64,000 nucleotides of DNA, from positions 51,973-115,972 of the forward strand of contig JAWXAT010000003.1 of NCBI GenBank assembly GCA_034439615.1, written 5' to 3'. The notes beneath the pieces are model-generated. The model was not told the origin of the DNA, did no database searches, and worked only from the letters and a program-made list of their open reading frames with translations. Source of the stretch: Oligoflexia bacterium. Lineage in GTDB: Bacteria > Bdellovibrionota > Bdellovibrionia > JABDDW01. The translations under genes and the position numbers were made by a program. Shown here piece by piece: positions 50,171 through 61,100 of the stretch. Every line of letters starts with the position of its first letter. Positions within the stretch are counted from its first letter, which is position 1.

Positions 50171-50866
50171 ATGTCAGATAAATCAAAATATACATTTCTT
50201 CTGTTCAGACAAGAATCAGAAGGCTGTGACCAAATTGTTGCAGAGATTGGTGCAAATCCACTATGTCAAATAATTCAAGTCGATACGATTCGTGAAATTT
50301 TTGATCATGCGGCGGATGGTAGTGCGAATTCATTAATTTTTAATTTAAAAATTTTTGACTCCAATACACTTAAGGTTATTCAAAAAATAAAATCAATCAC
50401 ACCAACACTTTCTACAACAATCGTTACAGCGCAGAAAATTCAAAATATCGACATGCAAAAATTAAAGAAATACAATGAGATTGTCATTATAGATAAGCCT
50501 GTAAAGCATGGTGATTTTGCATTGCTGACGGAGAGACTTGCAGAAGGCAAGCCAATATACTTTCGCGAACATAAACGATTTAATACGATTCAAATAGCCC
50601 ATCTTGAGAAACTGACCTCTAATGAACAATATGAAGGTAGTGTTTATACTATTAGTAAGGGCGGCGCCTATATTGAACTTACCAAGGGTAATGTCAAACC
50701 AGGAGAGCTCTTTCGCGTCTCTATTAAATTAGATCAATTATCAAAAGCGCATAATTTTAATGCTGAAGTGATTTGGACTGCACCAAAAGTGCGGCAAGGG
50801 CTGGCAGTTGGCCTGAAATTTATTAATGAAGAGCAAGTCTATAGAACTTTGCTTGAGAAGGTATAA
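50171..50866 (+). CDS. PilZ-domain protein with a degenerate N-terminal receiver-like domain (paralog 2 of 3)
   Basis: REHKRF (RxxxR) and YTISKGGAY (xxSxGG). C-terminal GLKFINEEQVYRTLLEKV is shared with the other paralogs. Confidence 0.75.
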   Translation: MSDKSKYTFLLFRQESEGCDQIVAEIGANPLCQIIQVDTIREIFDHAADGSANSLIFNLKIFDSNTLKVIQKIKSITPTLSTTIVTAQKIQNIDMQKLKKYNEIVIIDKPVKHGDFALLTERLAEGKPIYFREHKRFNTIQIAHLEKLTSNEQYEGSVYTISKGGAYIELTKGNVKPGELFRVSIKLDQLSKAHNFNAEVIWTAPKVRQGLAVGLKFINEEQVYRTLLEKV

Positions 50867-50869
50867 AAT

Positions 50870-51571
50870 ATGAGTAAGAGCGGACGTCAACAGTATTTAC
50901 TAATTAGTCATGTCGAAGAAATCGGTTCCGAAATAGAAAGTGCGCTGACAACTGGTCGTGCATTCACTTTGCATCGTGTGGCGAGTCTCAGTGAGGCGCT
51001 TCAAAAACTATCAGATGGTGAAATTAAATGTGTTATTTTTAGTATTCCTGTTTTTCATCAGAAAAGTGTCAAATTTATATCTAAACTTCGTGATATTTAT
51101 CGAGAGATGCCAATTATTATCGTATCAGGAAAAATTCAGAGAGAGGCGTTTGATAGCGCAACTGAAATTAAGCGTGTTGTTATTTTAGAGCAATCATTCG
51201 TAAAAACTGAACTTCTGGCAATATGCGAAAAAGTAGCAAAAGGCCACGAAATCTATCAGCGTAAAACCAAACGATTCTCAACTGACCAGATGGTTGATTT
51301 AGAGCGGATGCTCACTGGCGAAGTAATGAAGGGTTTTTTATTTAATCTTAGCCAAGGTGGTGCATTCATTAACATCGAGAGAGGTGTTATAGTGCCCGGG
51401 GATATTCTAAAAATGAATGTTAAACTCGATAAGTTGGATAAATCACATCTTGTTTTTGCAAAAGTAATATGGGTGTTACAACAAGGTTTTGGATTAAATA
51501 AACCAGGTGCAGGTTTGAAATTCATGAAGGCTGAAGAGGTTTATAGTAGTCTTTTAGATACCGTTAAATAG
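50870..51571 (+). CDS. PilZ-domain protein with a degenerate N-terminal receiver-like domain (paralog 3 of 3)
   Basis: RKTKRF (RxxxR) and FNLSQGGAF (NxSxGG). C-terminal GLKFMKAEEVY. Only 3 nt separate it from paralog 2. Confidence 0.75.
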   Translation: MSKSGRQQYLLISHVEEIGSEIESALTTGRAFTLHRVASLSEALQKLSDGEIKCVIFSIPVFHQKSVKFISKLRDIYREMPIIIVSGKIQREAFDSATEIKRVVILEQSFVKTELLAICEKVAKGHEIYQRKTKRFSTDQMVDLERMLTGEVMKGFLFNLSQGGAFINIERGVIVPGDILKMNVKLDKLDKSHLVFAKVIWVLQQGFGLNKPGAGLKFMKAEEVYSSLLDTVK

Positions 51572-52508
51572 ACGGTTCGTGTTGCTTGAGGCTTAGTTCC
51601 TCAATTTGAATAGTGACGTGTTCAATATTAAATCGCTTTTTAAGCATTTCTCTAATTTCACATAAAAGTTCATGTCTTGATTCACCAACAGCAACAACGT
51701 GTACGCTGAGACTCACCATTCCGGATGTAATACTCCAAACATGCAGGTCATGTACCTCTGTGATGCGCGGAATTTTACTTATAGCATCTTGAATTTCATC
51801 GCTATCGAGATGCAGTGGTGTGCCTTCAAGAATTACGTGTGCGGTATCTAAAATAAGTCTAAAAGATGATGCGATAATAATAAGTGCAATGATAACACTC
51901 ACAATGGGATCAGCTTTAGTCCAGCCATAAAAATATATTAATAGACCTGCGATCATTGCTCCTAGTGAACCTAGGGCGTCAGCTAAAACATGAAACAAGG
52001 CGCCACGCATATTGGGATGTGCGTGATTTCCGTGAGTTAAAAGCCATGCACCAACAAGATTAAAAATAAGGCCGCCTGTTGAAATCCAAAACATTTCCAC
52101 TGATTTGATTTCTACAGGATTATTAAAACGATCCCAAGCTCCCCACATAATCACACATGAGAGGAGCACTAAAAAAATACCATTGATGAAAGCTGCTAGT
52201 ATCTCTAGGCGTAAAAAACCATAAGTACGATGAGCCGTGGCTGGTTTAGAACTCATCATGAAAGCAAAGAGACTTAAACTTAAAGCCGCTGTATCAGTGA
52301 GCATGTGAACAGCATCTGAAATAAGGGCTAATGAATTTGTGTAAAACCCCCCAAATGCCTCGGCTATCATGAATAAGAAGGTGAGGGCTATGACCCACTT
52401 TAGTTGCCGTATGTTTTTTGAGTTATCTAAGCCATGAGAGTGACTCCCATGCATATGGGGGTGTTGATGATCGTGATGATGTTCATGGTCATGATGCGTA
52501 GTGCCCAT
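51564..52508 (-). CDS. Cation diffusion facilitator family transporter (CzcD/ZitB-like) with a His-rich N-terminus
   Basis: MGTTHHDHEHHHDHQHPHMHGSHSHG is a His-rich metal-binding tail. Six TM helices. HxxxD motifs (HMLTD, HVLAD). Confidence 0.85.
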   Translation of the reverse strand: MGTTHHDHEHHHDHQHPHMHGSHSHGLDNSKNIRQLKWVIALTFLFMIAEAFGGFYTNSLALISDAVHMLTDTAALSLSLFAFMMSSKPATAHRTYGFLRLEILAAFINGIFLVLLSCVIMWGAWDRFNNPVEIKSVEMFWISTGGLIFNLVGAWLLTHGNHAHPNMRGALFHVLADALGSLGAMIAGLLIYFYGWTKADPIVSVIIALIIIASSFRLILDTAHVILEGTPLHLDSDEIQDAISKIPRITEVHDLHVWSITSGMVSLSVHVVAVGESRHELLCEIREMLKKRFNIEHVTIQIEELSLKQHEPSI

Positions 52509-52564
52509 AATAAAATAGCTATTCTAGAAATGCTGCCTTGTCACGAAAACTTTCATAGTACAAA

Positions 52565-53623
52565 ATGGCGCTCATGATCAAAAAAACGAGTAAAACTAAA
52601 ATCAGGCTCACACAATCCGTTTCTTGCGCGGGTTGAGCCGCTAAACTGAGCCCAGCGTTGCTGCGGCAAGCAGTTAAAGGTCTAAAACAGCCGGCTGATC
52701 CCAGACTTCTTGTTGGGTTCGATAAAGCCGACGATGCAGGTGTGTATCTAATTTCTCCTGAACTTGCCTTGATTCAAACCGTTGATTTTTTTACTCCTAT
52801 TGTTGATGATCCGATTTGGTTTGGGCGAATTGCTGCGGCCAATTCTTTAAGCGATGTTTACGCCATGGGTGGAAAGCCTTTAACCGCACTGAATGTATAT
52901 TGTGTGCCTGAAGATCTTGATCCAAAAGTCATTGGTCAAATTCTTCAAGGTGGGATCGAAAAAATGACTGAAGCAAAATGCGCACTAGTCGGTGGGCATT
53001 CAGTGAAAGATCTTGAGTTAAAATACGGATTATCGGTTACGGGAACCATTCACCCTGGACGTATTTTTTCAAATGACAAAGCCCTTGTAGGGCAAGCATT
53101 GGTACTTACAAAAAAACTAGGCACAGGAATTATTACAACCGCAGCAAAGTTTGAAGATTGTCCCAAAAAACTTCTGAAAGAAGCCATTGAACAAATGGCA
53201 AGGCTCAATGAGCGAGCCTGTAATGCCATGATAAAGACAGATGCCACCTCATGCACAGATATTACGGGTTTTGGATTTTTGGGACATCTTGCTGAGATGA
53301 CGCGCGCAAGTCAGGTGAAAGCTAAAATTTATTCTAAGAAAATTCCATATTTCAAAGGGCTTGAAAAGTTAATCGCAGATGAGTACGTCACTCGGGGTGA
53401 TAAAACAAATCGTGAGTACGCAAATAATGTTGTATTTAAAAATGTCGAAATGTTTATGCAAAGTATACTTTTTGACCCGCAGACTAGCGGCGGTCTTTTA
53501 ATTTCAATGTCTAAAAGTAATGTAGAAAAATTTCAACTTGAGATGAAAAAGGCAGGTCAACAGTCTTGGGTCGTTGGTGAAATCACGGCTAAAGATCGTA
53601 AGGGATCGATCGAAGTAATATGA
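52565..53623 (+). CDS. selD: Selenide, water dikinase (selenophosphate synthetase) with an in-frame TGA (52634-52636) at the catalytic Cys17 position; probable selenocysteine
   Basis: The track ORF (52658..) lacks the N-terminal motif. Extending the same frame upstream gives MALMIKKTSKTKIRLTQSVSCAG-[TGA]-AAKLSPALL..., colinear with E. coli SIRLTQYSHGAGC(17)GCKISPKVL, with TGA at Cys17. Downstream motifs DDAGVY and FGRIAAANSLSDVYAMGG are present. Start at ATG 52565 or 52574. Confidence 0.8.
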
Positions 53624-54288
53624 TTGAAACTTTTTATTTAGATCGCCCAAAATCTGCTAATGCCCTTGATCTCGCTACTGCTAAACAAATTTCATTAAAA
53701 ATTAAGAATTGTACAGGGCTTGTCATTGCCTCAAAAAATTCAAAAGTTTTTTGCTCTGGTGGCGATCTTAAAGCTTATTCAAAAATGAAAACAAAAAATG
53801 AAGGTATAAAAGTAAATCGCGAGATTCGAAAAACACTTGATGGGTTTCAAAAAGCCCCCGTTATAATAGTCGCAGCCGTTGAGGGTATATGTATTGGAGG
53901 AGGCTGTGAGTTGGCTTTAGCCGCTGATCGTATAGTGGCAAGTTCCAGTGCGCGTTTTGCCTTTAAACAAGTTTTACTTTCATTATCCCCTGGATGGGGC
54001 GGAGCACAGAGATTGTTAAATCGTGTCAGCGCTTCCATTGCCTTTGATTGGCTTACGTCAGGTCGCTGGGTGAGTGCGCAAGAAGCATTTCGTTGTGGTT
54101 TGATCGATGAGATCACGTCACCTGGTACTGTTGAAGAAAAAGCACATGAATTTATATTAGAACGTGCCTTCGTGACGCCAGAGTTGATTTTAAAAATAAA
54201 AGAAATTGTAGCGAATCCATCTAAAGAAGAGAAGATTTTTGAAAGTCTTTGGTTTTCAAAAAACCATCAAACCACATTAAAGCGGTAA
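53620..54288 (+). CDS. Enoyl-CoA hydratase/isomerase (crotonase) family protein
   Basis: VFCSGGDLKAY...ICIGGGCELALAADRIVA are the crotonase oxyanion-hole motifs. Overlaps the selD stop. Confidence 0.8.
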   Translation: MIETFYLDRPKSANALDLATAKQISLKIKNCTGLVIASKNSKVFCSGGDLKAYSKMKTKNEGIKVNREIRKTLDGFQKAPVIIVAAVEGICIGGGCELALAADRIVASSSARFAFKQVLLSLSPGWGGAQRLLNRVSASIAFDWLTSGRWVSAQEAFRCGLIDEITSPGTVEEKAHEFILERAFVTPELILKIKEIVANPSKEEKIFESLWFSKNHQTTLKR

Positions 54289-54295
54289 AATTTAA

Positions 54296-57200
54296 TTATT
54301 TTAAAGTAGCTGCTGGCAGGCCATTTGTGAGTAGTAACACACAACCATCACCTATTTGCTTAACTCCTGGTACAGAAACAAGGGGAGTTGTCACAGTCGC
54401 GATTGTATCAACGGCAGCTTTTGCAAAGGTAATATCACCCGCGAAGGGTCTGAGCATAAGTCGTGAAAAAGCACGTGTTTTAATTTCAGGTAGAGTTTCA
54501 GTTGCGGGGACGCCAATTGTAAGCATGTTTTGAAGTAATTGGCCTGTGACATTTTCCCAAGTTCTGTATGCAAGATTGTATTTAAATCTGTCTTTGCCAA
54601 TTCTTCGGTTAAAGTATTCTTGAACCGTTGGATGTGCTCTGAGCTCTTCTTTGATGTCTTTGAGTCTGTAGCCAGCTGCTAATTCAAAGGCTTGTTCAGT
54701 TTGAAATTGTAATCCACCTAGTGGAAGCCCGAAGCTTGTTGAATAGCTAGTAATATAACTATCAATGTCAAATCGCTTAAGTAAACCCAAGCTTATAGTT
54801 AAGTGTGTGGTAAAAGCTGCGGGCATATTGGCCCAAATCAATTTGTTGTAATAACTCCAAGCCTTTAAAAGCGTATTATCAGGATTTTTAACTAGCTGAT
54901 GTTTGTACCATTCAAAATAAGTCATCTCGCGTTCATGCCTATCTTGATTAAAAATAATTCTACCTTGTTGGTCATGGATTTTTTTAGGCTTTACAGAAAT
55001 GGTGAGTTCTTCTTTTGTAGGGACTTTTCCGAATTGACCTTCATGCATTTCATCTTGTTGAATTTTAAGCCAAACATCCGAGAGCACACCAGAAATTACT
55101 GCATAAGTGTAACCACTAAAAAATACCATTCGAGACAAATAGTACCACGAGGTGGGGCTGTGAATGGAGTCTTGGATAGGTCTTAAAATGGGATCCGTAA
55201 CCCCTGCCAACAAAAGGAAAGTGAAAAAAAGTTCTTGGGGCTTATCTACAATGTTACCCGCAATCATAGACCGTACTGCGCGCGCCATGGCTTGGGGGTT
55301 ATTAATTTGTCGTTCAACAACTTGCATTCTTGCTACTTGGCGATTATTTAAAGGGTTAAGTTGTCGATTCAAAAAATCGGGATCAACTCTGTGTACGTAT
55401 TTACGAAAAAGATTCGTGGCTGAGAGTTTGGTTTCATTTTCAGTTCTGATTTTAGCTTCTGTAAGTAGCTCTGGAGTTATAACTTGCTCGACATATCTCT
55501 GAGCTACTGATGCATCTAGTTGCAATTCGTTTTTGTAAGGTAATGTAATATTTTTGAGTGTCTCTAAGTTTAGATTTGCATTTTGGGGCACAACTCCATG
55601 TTTTGAAACTAAATCTTGAAGATAGAGTTCAGATGCTCGCTCTACAACAAGATTGAAATGGTTTTCAAAAAATATTTTATTTTGCTCGGTAAATTTATTG
55701 ATTTTTTTATCATAGATATTAGCAATGCCTTCTTTTTTGAAGAAATCATGAAGATCGTTACTTGTATTCATGTGGTTGACGAGGGCTTGGAAAGATTTTT
55801 TAAATGCATGTTCGTAAAGGACCTTCTCGACATTGATAAATTGAGTTTCCCAGGCATCTACTTGGTGGCGATAATCTGCTTCATAAATATCTTCAAAACG
55901 ATTTTTCATCCCACCATTAATTTTGTTGGGTATTACTCCGCGAGTAGCTCTGGCGTAAAGCTTGGGATAAATTATCATGCCAATGAGGGCTTTAGGCTTC
56001 CAAATAAATGAACGTAACGCAAACCAATTATTCCAAATGCGCGTGTAGGTGCGCCCGGAGTTTGTAAATGAGCAATAGCTATAAGTAAAATGTTTAATCG
56101 CTTGAAAAAGAGTGCTGATCTGTCGATCTGATTTTTGGTCAAGTTGTTGAGTGCTTGGAGTTTTGCCAATAGCTTTTAGCATGCGATAATAAAATCCGCC
56201 CTCTCGCTGAGCTTGTTCTAATTCACGTACTTGTTCTTCTGCTTCTGCGTTTTGTTCAGCAGTGAATTCGAGTTCTTTGTCTTTTCCACTTTGTTTTGCA
56301 TGTGAGGTTGCCAGAGCTTCTAGATATGTTTTTTCTTGGGAATTTTGTCTTTTTATAAAAGCTGTTTTAAGAGCACCTAACCAACTTACTTCTGTGTTTT
56401 TGAATTGTGAGATTCCAATTTTGCGTAAGTCTTTAAAAAGAAGATACGAGTTTACAATCAAATGAGGAATTCCCAAGGTCATATAAAGTGTAGTGATAAT
56501 GGCGCCAAGGCCGATACCAAATCTGCTGATTTTGTCAGGTGCCAAATAAGCATTGTAGAAATTTGAAGGGTTAAGGCCAGCAAAAGTTTCCATGAAGGCT
56601 GTCGATGTAAGTCTTGATCCATCTATGGCCCAATTCATGATTGATCGTGTGAGATCTGTTGATAGATAAAAAAGATGAGCCATTTGTTCAGGAAACACAA
56701 TGCCCATGGCAGTGCCTGTGACGATGGCTCCTGCGATTTGAACATTGGGATGATTTGCAATTCTCAGTATACCTTCATTCAACGCCGCTGTTCGGCTAGC
56801 TTTGCTGTGGGGGCTAAATGCAGAAGCTATGAGTGCTAAGCCTTGAATAATTTTAGGCGCGCCATTGGGCTGAGGCAAAGTCATGCGTGCCCAAAATTGA
56901 TGAAGTTTTGAAAGTAGCCTTTTTTCTGCTTCGATATTTGCGCTGATATTTTTTGCAGTTTTTTCGATAAAGTCTTGGTGCATGAGTTTATCGGAATCAA
57001 CAGCGTTAGACTGATCTTTCTTTAGACCCTTAAGACCCTTAGCAAATTCTAAAAGCTTTGCTTCTGAACCGGCAATGTCTTGCATTTGTTGTTGAAAATC
57101 TTTGCCTTTAAGTTCTACAGCGCGCATGAGGTATTCTTGTAAGCCATCACCAAGTGGTTGCATTTGTGTTAATGCTTTTGGATCAAGCATATTGACATTG

Positions 57201-57946
57201 ATGTTGTAGGCAGATTGTTGGATGAGTGACATCTCATTAAGATGTTCTTTGCCAATTACAACTTGATTAATATGAAGTTGGTTATTCTTTATATCGAGAT
57301 TATTTAATCGATTTCCAAACTGAACGGGAATTTTAAAAACCGGTGGGTTCACTCTGCCAAGAATTGGATCATACGATTTAAGATCAATAAATGAAATCGA
57401 TTGCACACCAGAGGGCGTGAGATTGTGTTTTTCTACAAAAACTAGGTAATCACCAAAAACTGCAAAACCAATGACGGGCATACGAAAGTCATAGAGTAGT
57501 TTTCCTTGATAATGAATTTGCAGTTTTGATTCATTCGAACTTAAGAAGGTAGGTTTAAATCTTTTTGAATGTGCTGAGAGAACTTTTTGAGTGTTTGTTG
57601 AATCGAAAGCGGCATATGTAAGTGCTGAGTAATCGATAAAATGAGCTTTTGGGTTCTCGTGTGAAATAATGTCGAGCAATCTCCAACGATCAAGGGGGCT
57701 ATTGATCGCAAACCCGTCAAGTGTTTGGCGAAGATGATCAACTTCAGCTTTTTGCTCAGTACGTAAATTAAAACCGGGTACTAAGAGTGTCGGGGTTGTA
57801 TTGGTGACACCACTGGTAGCGATCACTTGTAAAACTTCAATTCCAGGCTCTAAGATATTATCTTGTGCGCTTGCCGGGCTTAACAACAACGGGTTAAGGG
57901 TGAGTGATAAGCAAATCGCAATGTGAATGAACTTTGCTAACGCCAA
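54296..57946 (-). CDS. Large (1216 aa) hypothetical secreted/membrane protein
   Basis: Signal peptide MALAKFIHIAICLSLTLNPLLLSPASA. Several internal hydrophobic segments. No recognisable domain. Confidence 0.6.
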   Translation of the reverse strand: MALAKFIHIAICLSLTLNPLLLSPASAQDNILEPGIEVLQVIATSGVTNTTPTLLVPGFNLRTEQKAEVDHLRQTLDGFAINSPLDRWRLLDIISHENPKAHFIDYSALTYAAFDSTNTQKVLSAHSKRFKPTFLSSNESKLQIHYQGKLLYDFRMPVIGFAVFGDYLVFVEKHNLTPSGVQSISFIDLKSYDPILGRVNPPVFKIPVQFGNRLNNLDIKNNQLHINQVVIGKEHLNEMSLIQQSAYNINVNMLDPKALTQMQPLGDGLQEYLMRAVELKGKDFQQQMQDIAGSEAKLLEFAKGLKGLKKDQSNAVDSDKLMHQDFIEKTAKNISANIEAEKRLLSKLHQFWARMTLPQPNGAPKIIQGLALIASAFSPHSKASRTAALNEGILRIANHPNVQIAGAIVTGTAMGIVFPEQMAHLFYLSTDLTRSIMNWAIDGSRLTSTAFMETFAGLNPSNFYNAYLAPDKISRFGIGLGAIITTLYMTLGIPHLIVNSYLLFKDLRKIGISQFKNTEVSWLGALKTAFIKRQNSQEKTYLEALATSHAKQSGKDKELEFTAEQNAEAEEQVRELEQAQREGGFYYRMLKAIGKTPSTQQLDQKSDRQISTLFQAIKHFTYSYCSFTNSGRTYTRIWNNWFALRSFIWKPKALIGMIIYPKLYARATRGVIPNKINGGMKNRFEDIYEADYRHQVDAWETQFINVEKVLYEHAFKKSFQALVNHMNTSNDLHDFFKKEGIANIYDKKINKFTEQNKIFFENHFNLVVERASELYLQDLVSKHGVVPQNANLNLETLKNITLPYKNELQLDASVAQRYVEQVITPELLTEAKIRTENETKLSATNLFRKYVHRVDPDFLNRQLNPLNNRQVARMQVVERQINNPQAMARAVRSMIAGNIVDKPQELFFTFLLLAGVTDPILRPIQDSIHSPTSWYYLSRMVFFSGYTYAVISGVLSDVWLKIQQDEMHEGQFGKVPTKEELTISVKPKKIHDQQGRIIFNQDRHEREMTYFEWYKHQLVKNPDNTLLKAWSYYNKLIWANMPAAFTTHLTISLGLLKRFDIDSYITSYSTSFGLPLGGLQFQTEQAFELAAGYRLKDIKEELRAHPTVQEYFNRRIGKDRFKYNLAYRTWENVTGQLLQNMLTIGVPATETLPEIKTRAFSRLMLRPFAGDITFAKAAVDTIATVTTPLVSVPGVKQIGDGCVLLLTNGLPAATLK

Positions 57947-58178
57947 AATTTTCTCCAGTTTCGAATTACATTTTCAATGCAATGCCAATGCCGTCTGGGG
58001 TGACTTGTGATAAAGGTTTTAGTTGGTATGTGTGCCGAACTAATCGTCTGAGGCGTCGTTTTGAGGCTCTAATTCGTAATATAGACCAAAAGTTTTACAC
58101 CTAAATCAGTGCCATCTAACTGAAATATCAGGAAGATTTTGGCCCGGGGTTTGCTCTTACTAATAGTACGAGCAAAGG

Positions 58179-61100
58179 ATGTTAAAAATGAAAAACAAAC
58201 TCTCAAGCCTTATGACTTTTTTTTCGTGGATTATAATTTTTCAACTAGCCCTTGGCAGCACACTCGTCGATGTAGCTAAAGCACAAGAAGCCACGCAAGT
58301 GCTGACACAAAGCATAGTTACTAATCAAGATGCTCGAATGGCTATTGCTGATGCAGTTGTTGACCCTGCGATTTCAGCTATTGCAGCTGATACAACTTTT
58401 CCTCGAGAGTTAGATCTTAGCTCAAATGATCCTATCGTTGATCAAGATCCATTTTTTCAAAATGCTCAAAGTTGGGGGCAAATCACGGGCCAAGTATCTG
58501 GTGAATTAGCATTTTCAAATGATGGCCAAGTCTCACAAATCAAACTTCCGTTTCAAAATAAAGTTTGGAAACTAAAAGCACCGATTCACCCGATTTTTGC
58601 AACCAGTGATTATGTTTTCTTCGCAGCTAATGCGGGGAGCGATATTTTCTCGGCCTCTTCAAATGACGGTGCTGATTTTGGCGAGGGAATATTCTATGTT
58701 CCGTATAACGAACTCTTAGCTTCAAGTGCACAAGAAGAAAAAATTCCTGTTTACTTTTTTCCTATGCCTGGCACGGGTTGGCAAGCCACAGCAAAAGCGG
58801 ATGTTTTAGTAACTGAAATTCCTCAGCACGATATTGTTGTATTCACAGATACCCAAGGCGCTCCCTTGCCTGTGAAAGTTGAGGATCTTAAATCTATAGC
58901 TAAAGTTGAATCTGTAAACTTTATGATGGCTCAAAGCATGGCTATGCAAGCGGCTATTGATAAACTTAAGGCTAATAAGAGCCAAATTGAATCTGTGCGA
59001 CAAAACTTTATTAATAATCTACAAACACTTAGTAAAGCCGCTCTAAAAGAAGATGAAAAATCATTTTCACGAGCACACGAATCTATCGCGAATAGTTTTG
59101 GACAGGTTTTAACTTCAATGAAATCTGTTTTAGGAACAACGAAGCTCACTTTGCCTCGCGGGAGTACCGCGGGATTCGGGATGCTCTTCACGGGATTTGA
59201 TTTAGACAAATCAAATCAAAGCACTATCTTTGCAAACTATCAGCAAACCAAATTAGAAAAATGGCGAACTGCTTTTCTTCAGGTTTTAGGTATTAACACT
59301 GCTCATGCAGATGCCGAACTCACAAGAGTTCTTATTGGCGTTAGTATTGTACTCGCAAAATGCGCATTTATTTTTTCTGTTGGTACAGCTCTGCGATATA
59401 CGGTTTTAAGACAAAAAATTAAAGAGCGAATGGGTGTTAGCGGTATTGGGAAAAATGGGTTTCAAGTAAACCTCACTGTTTTTGCACAATCACTAACGTT
59501 TGTTGCGCAATTTCCCTATGTGACATCTACCAATACTATTGAGTACATTATGGATCGCGCCGGAACTGCTGAAAACGGCCGCATCAGAAAACTCTTTAAC
59601 GCAACATTTGGTTACTCGCGAAAAATCAATAATAAAACTCCAGTCAATCATAAGACGCTGATTTACGGTGTTGGTATTCTTGGCTTTGTTGACACAGCCC
59701 TTGTTGCCTTTCAGCAGTACATGGTCATTCCGTGGATTGTTTCTGGTCTTGTTGTGATTTTTCCTGGTCTTGCAAGTCGCGCTGAAGCTGCCTGGGGAAT
59801 GGGCGGCAATATGGCTTTATATAATCTCATAGCAGTCATCGGTAATCTTACGGCTTACATTTCTTCAGGTGCTTATGCCTATGCCAATCAAGTTCAAGAA
59901 ATTTCAACAAATGATGCATTAAGAATTGTCGCTGATGAAATGCGTAAAGAAGGTGTGAATCCCGATGATCCAATAAACAAAAGACTCTTTGATACGCGTG
60001 TGAAAAAAATGGTTCGCGCATCACTCAATAGTAAGGGTTTGCCAGATGAAAGAGCTTTTCTCTTTGATGCCAATTCTTTTTATCAAAGTATTCAAGGCTT
60101 TTTTGGCTATAAGCCAACAGATAAATCAAATCCTGAGGAATATTATGCAGTTTTAAGACAAGGGCTAGTCTTAAGAGCCCTAAATAATGCAATTGTTGTT
60201 GCACAAGATACAAAAAATGAACGTGCACTTGTTGTTTTAAAAGGAGCCAAAGAAGATTTTAGTCTTGTTGAGAAATTTAAATCTGATCCATCAGCATTTT
60301 TGACTCCCACAAAAATTAAAGAAGTGGCTGAGCGTTATCGTAATGTACGACAAGAGCTTACTTCCTTTACTTTTACAGGTGGCCCATCTGATCGAATAAC
60401 AAAGCTCGGTAATTGGCGTAATAAAGGGTCAAATGCAGGAGTGCGGTCAGCGGCACAGATTTATCGAAAAGAATTTTTTAGTTTAATGGAAATAAAAGAA
60501 GTTGCTGTGTCTGTCGGTACTCAAACTGCTCAAGATATAAGCCCCGAAGCATTAGACCCGTCACTCAGAGAAGGTCGGTTTGCACGTTGGCAATTAAAAA
60601 GAGCTATTACAAAAGCTAATGAAAAATTTGTCGCTCAGTTTAAAGTAGATCCCATTGAACTTTTTGGTGAGTCTGGTGATGCAGCTCAAGCAAATTTACG
60701 CACGCAATGGGAAAAACTCTATCGCAGTGAATTGGTAAGTTTAGTTGGTTTGCGTCCTGACTCAACTGAAACACAGTTAATGGCAGATGTTGAGGCTGAA
60801 ACTGAGAGTTTATTTAAAGTGCGACTTGAGTCAAATGCCTCACTTAAAACATATTTGGCTACACTATCTGCTTATGAACGCGCACGGGTAACAGAAATTT
60901 ATAGAACAGATGTTTTTGTTCAAAAATATGTCGATGCCACTATTAAAACCGAAAAAGTTCCACCGCACTCACCTGCACAACCGGGTATATTTCAAGGTTT
61001 GAGACAAACACAACTAGTAAGGCAAAATAAGGTTCTGACATCGGGGTTGCGGTTTATGGAGGGATTGTTTTCAGACACGCGCTATCAGCGGGGTTTAAAA

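Noticed and set aside
51564-51700. His-rich tract (HHDHEHHHDHQHPHMHGSHSHG) at the N-terminus of the minus-strand CDF transporter
   Set aside because: Typical cytoplasmic metal-binding tail of CzcD/ZitB-type transporters. Not a simple-sequence repeat of interest.
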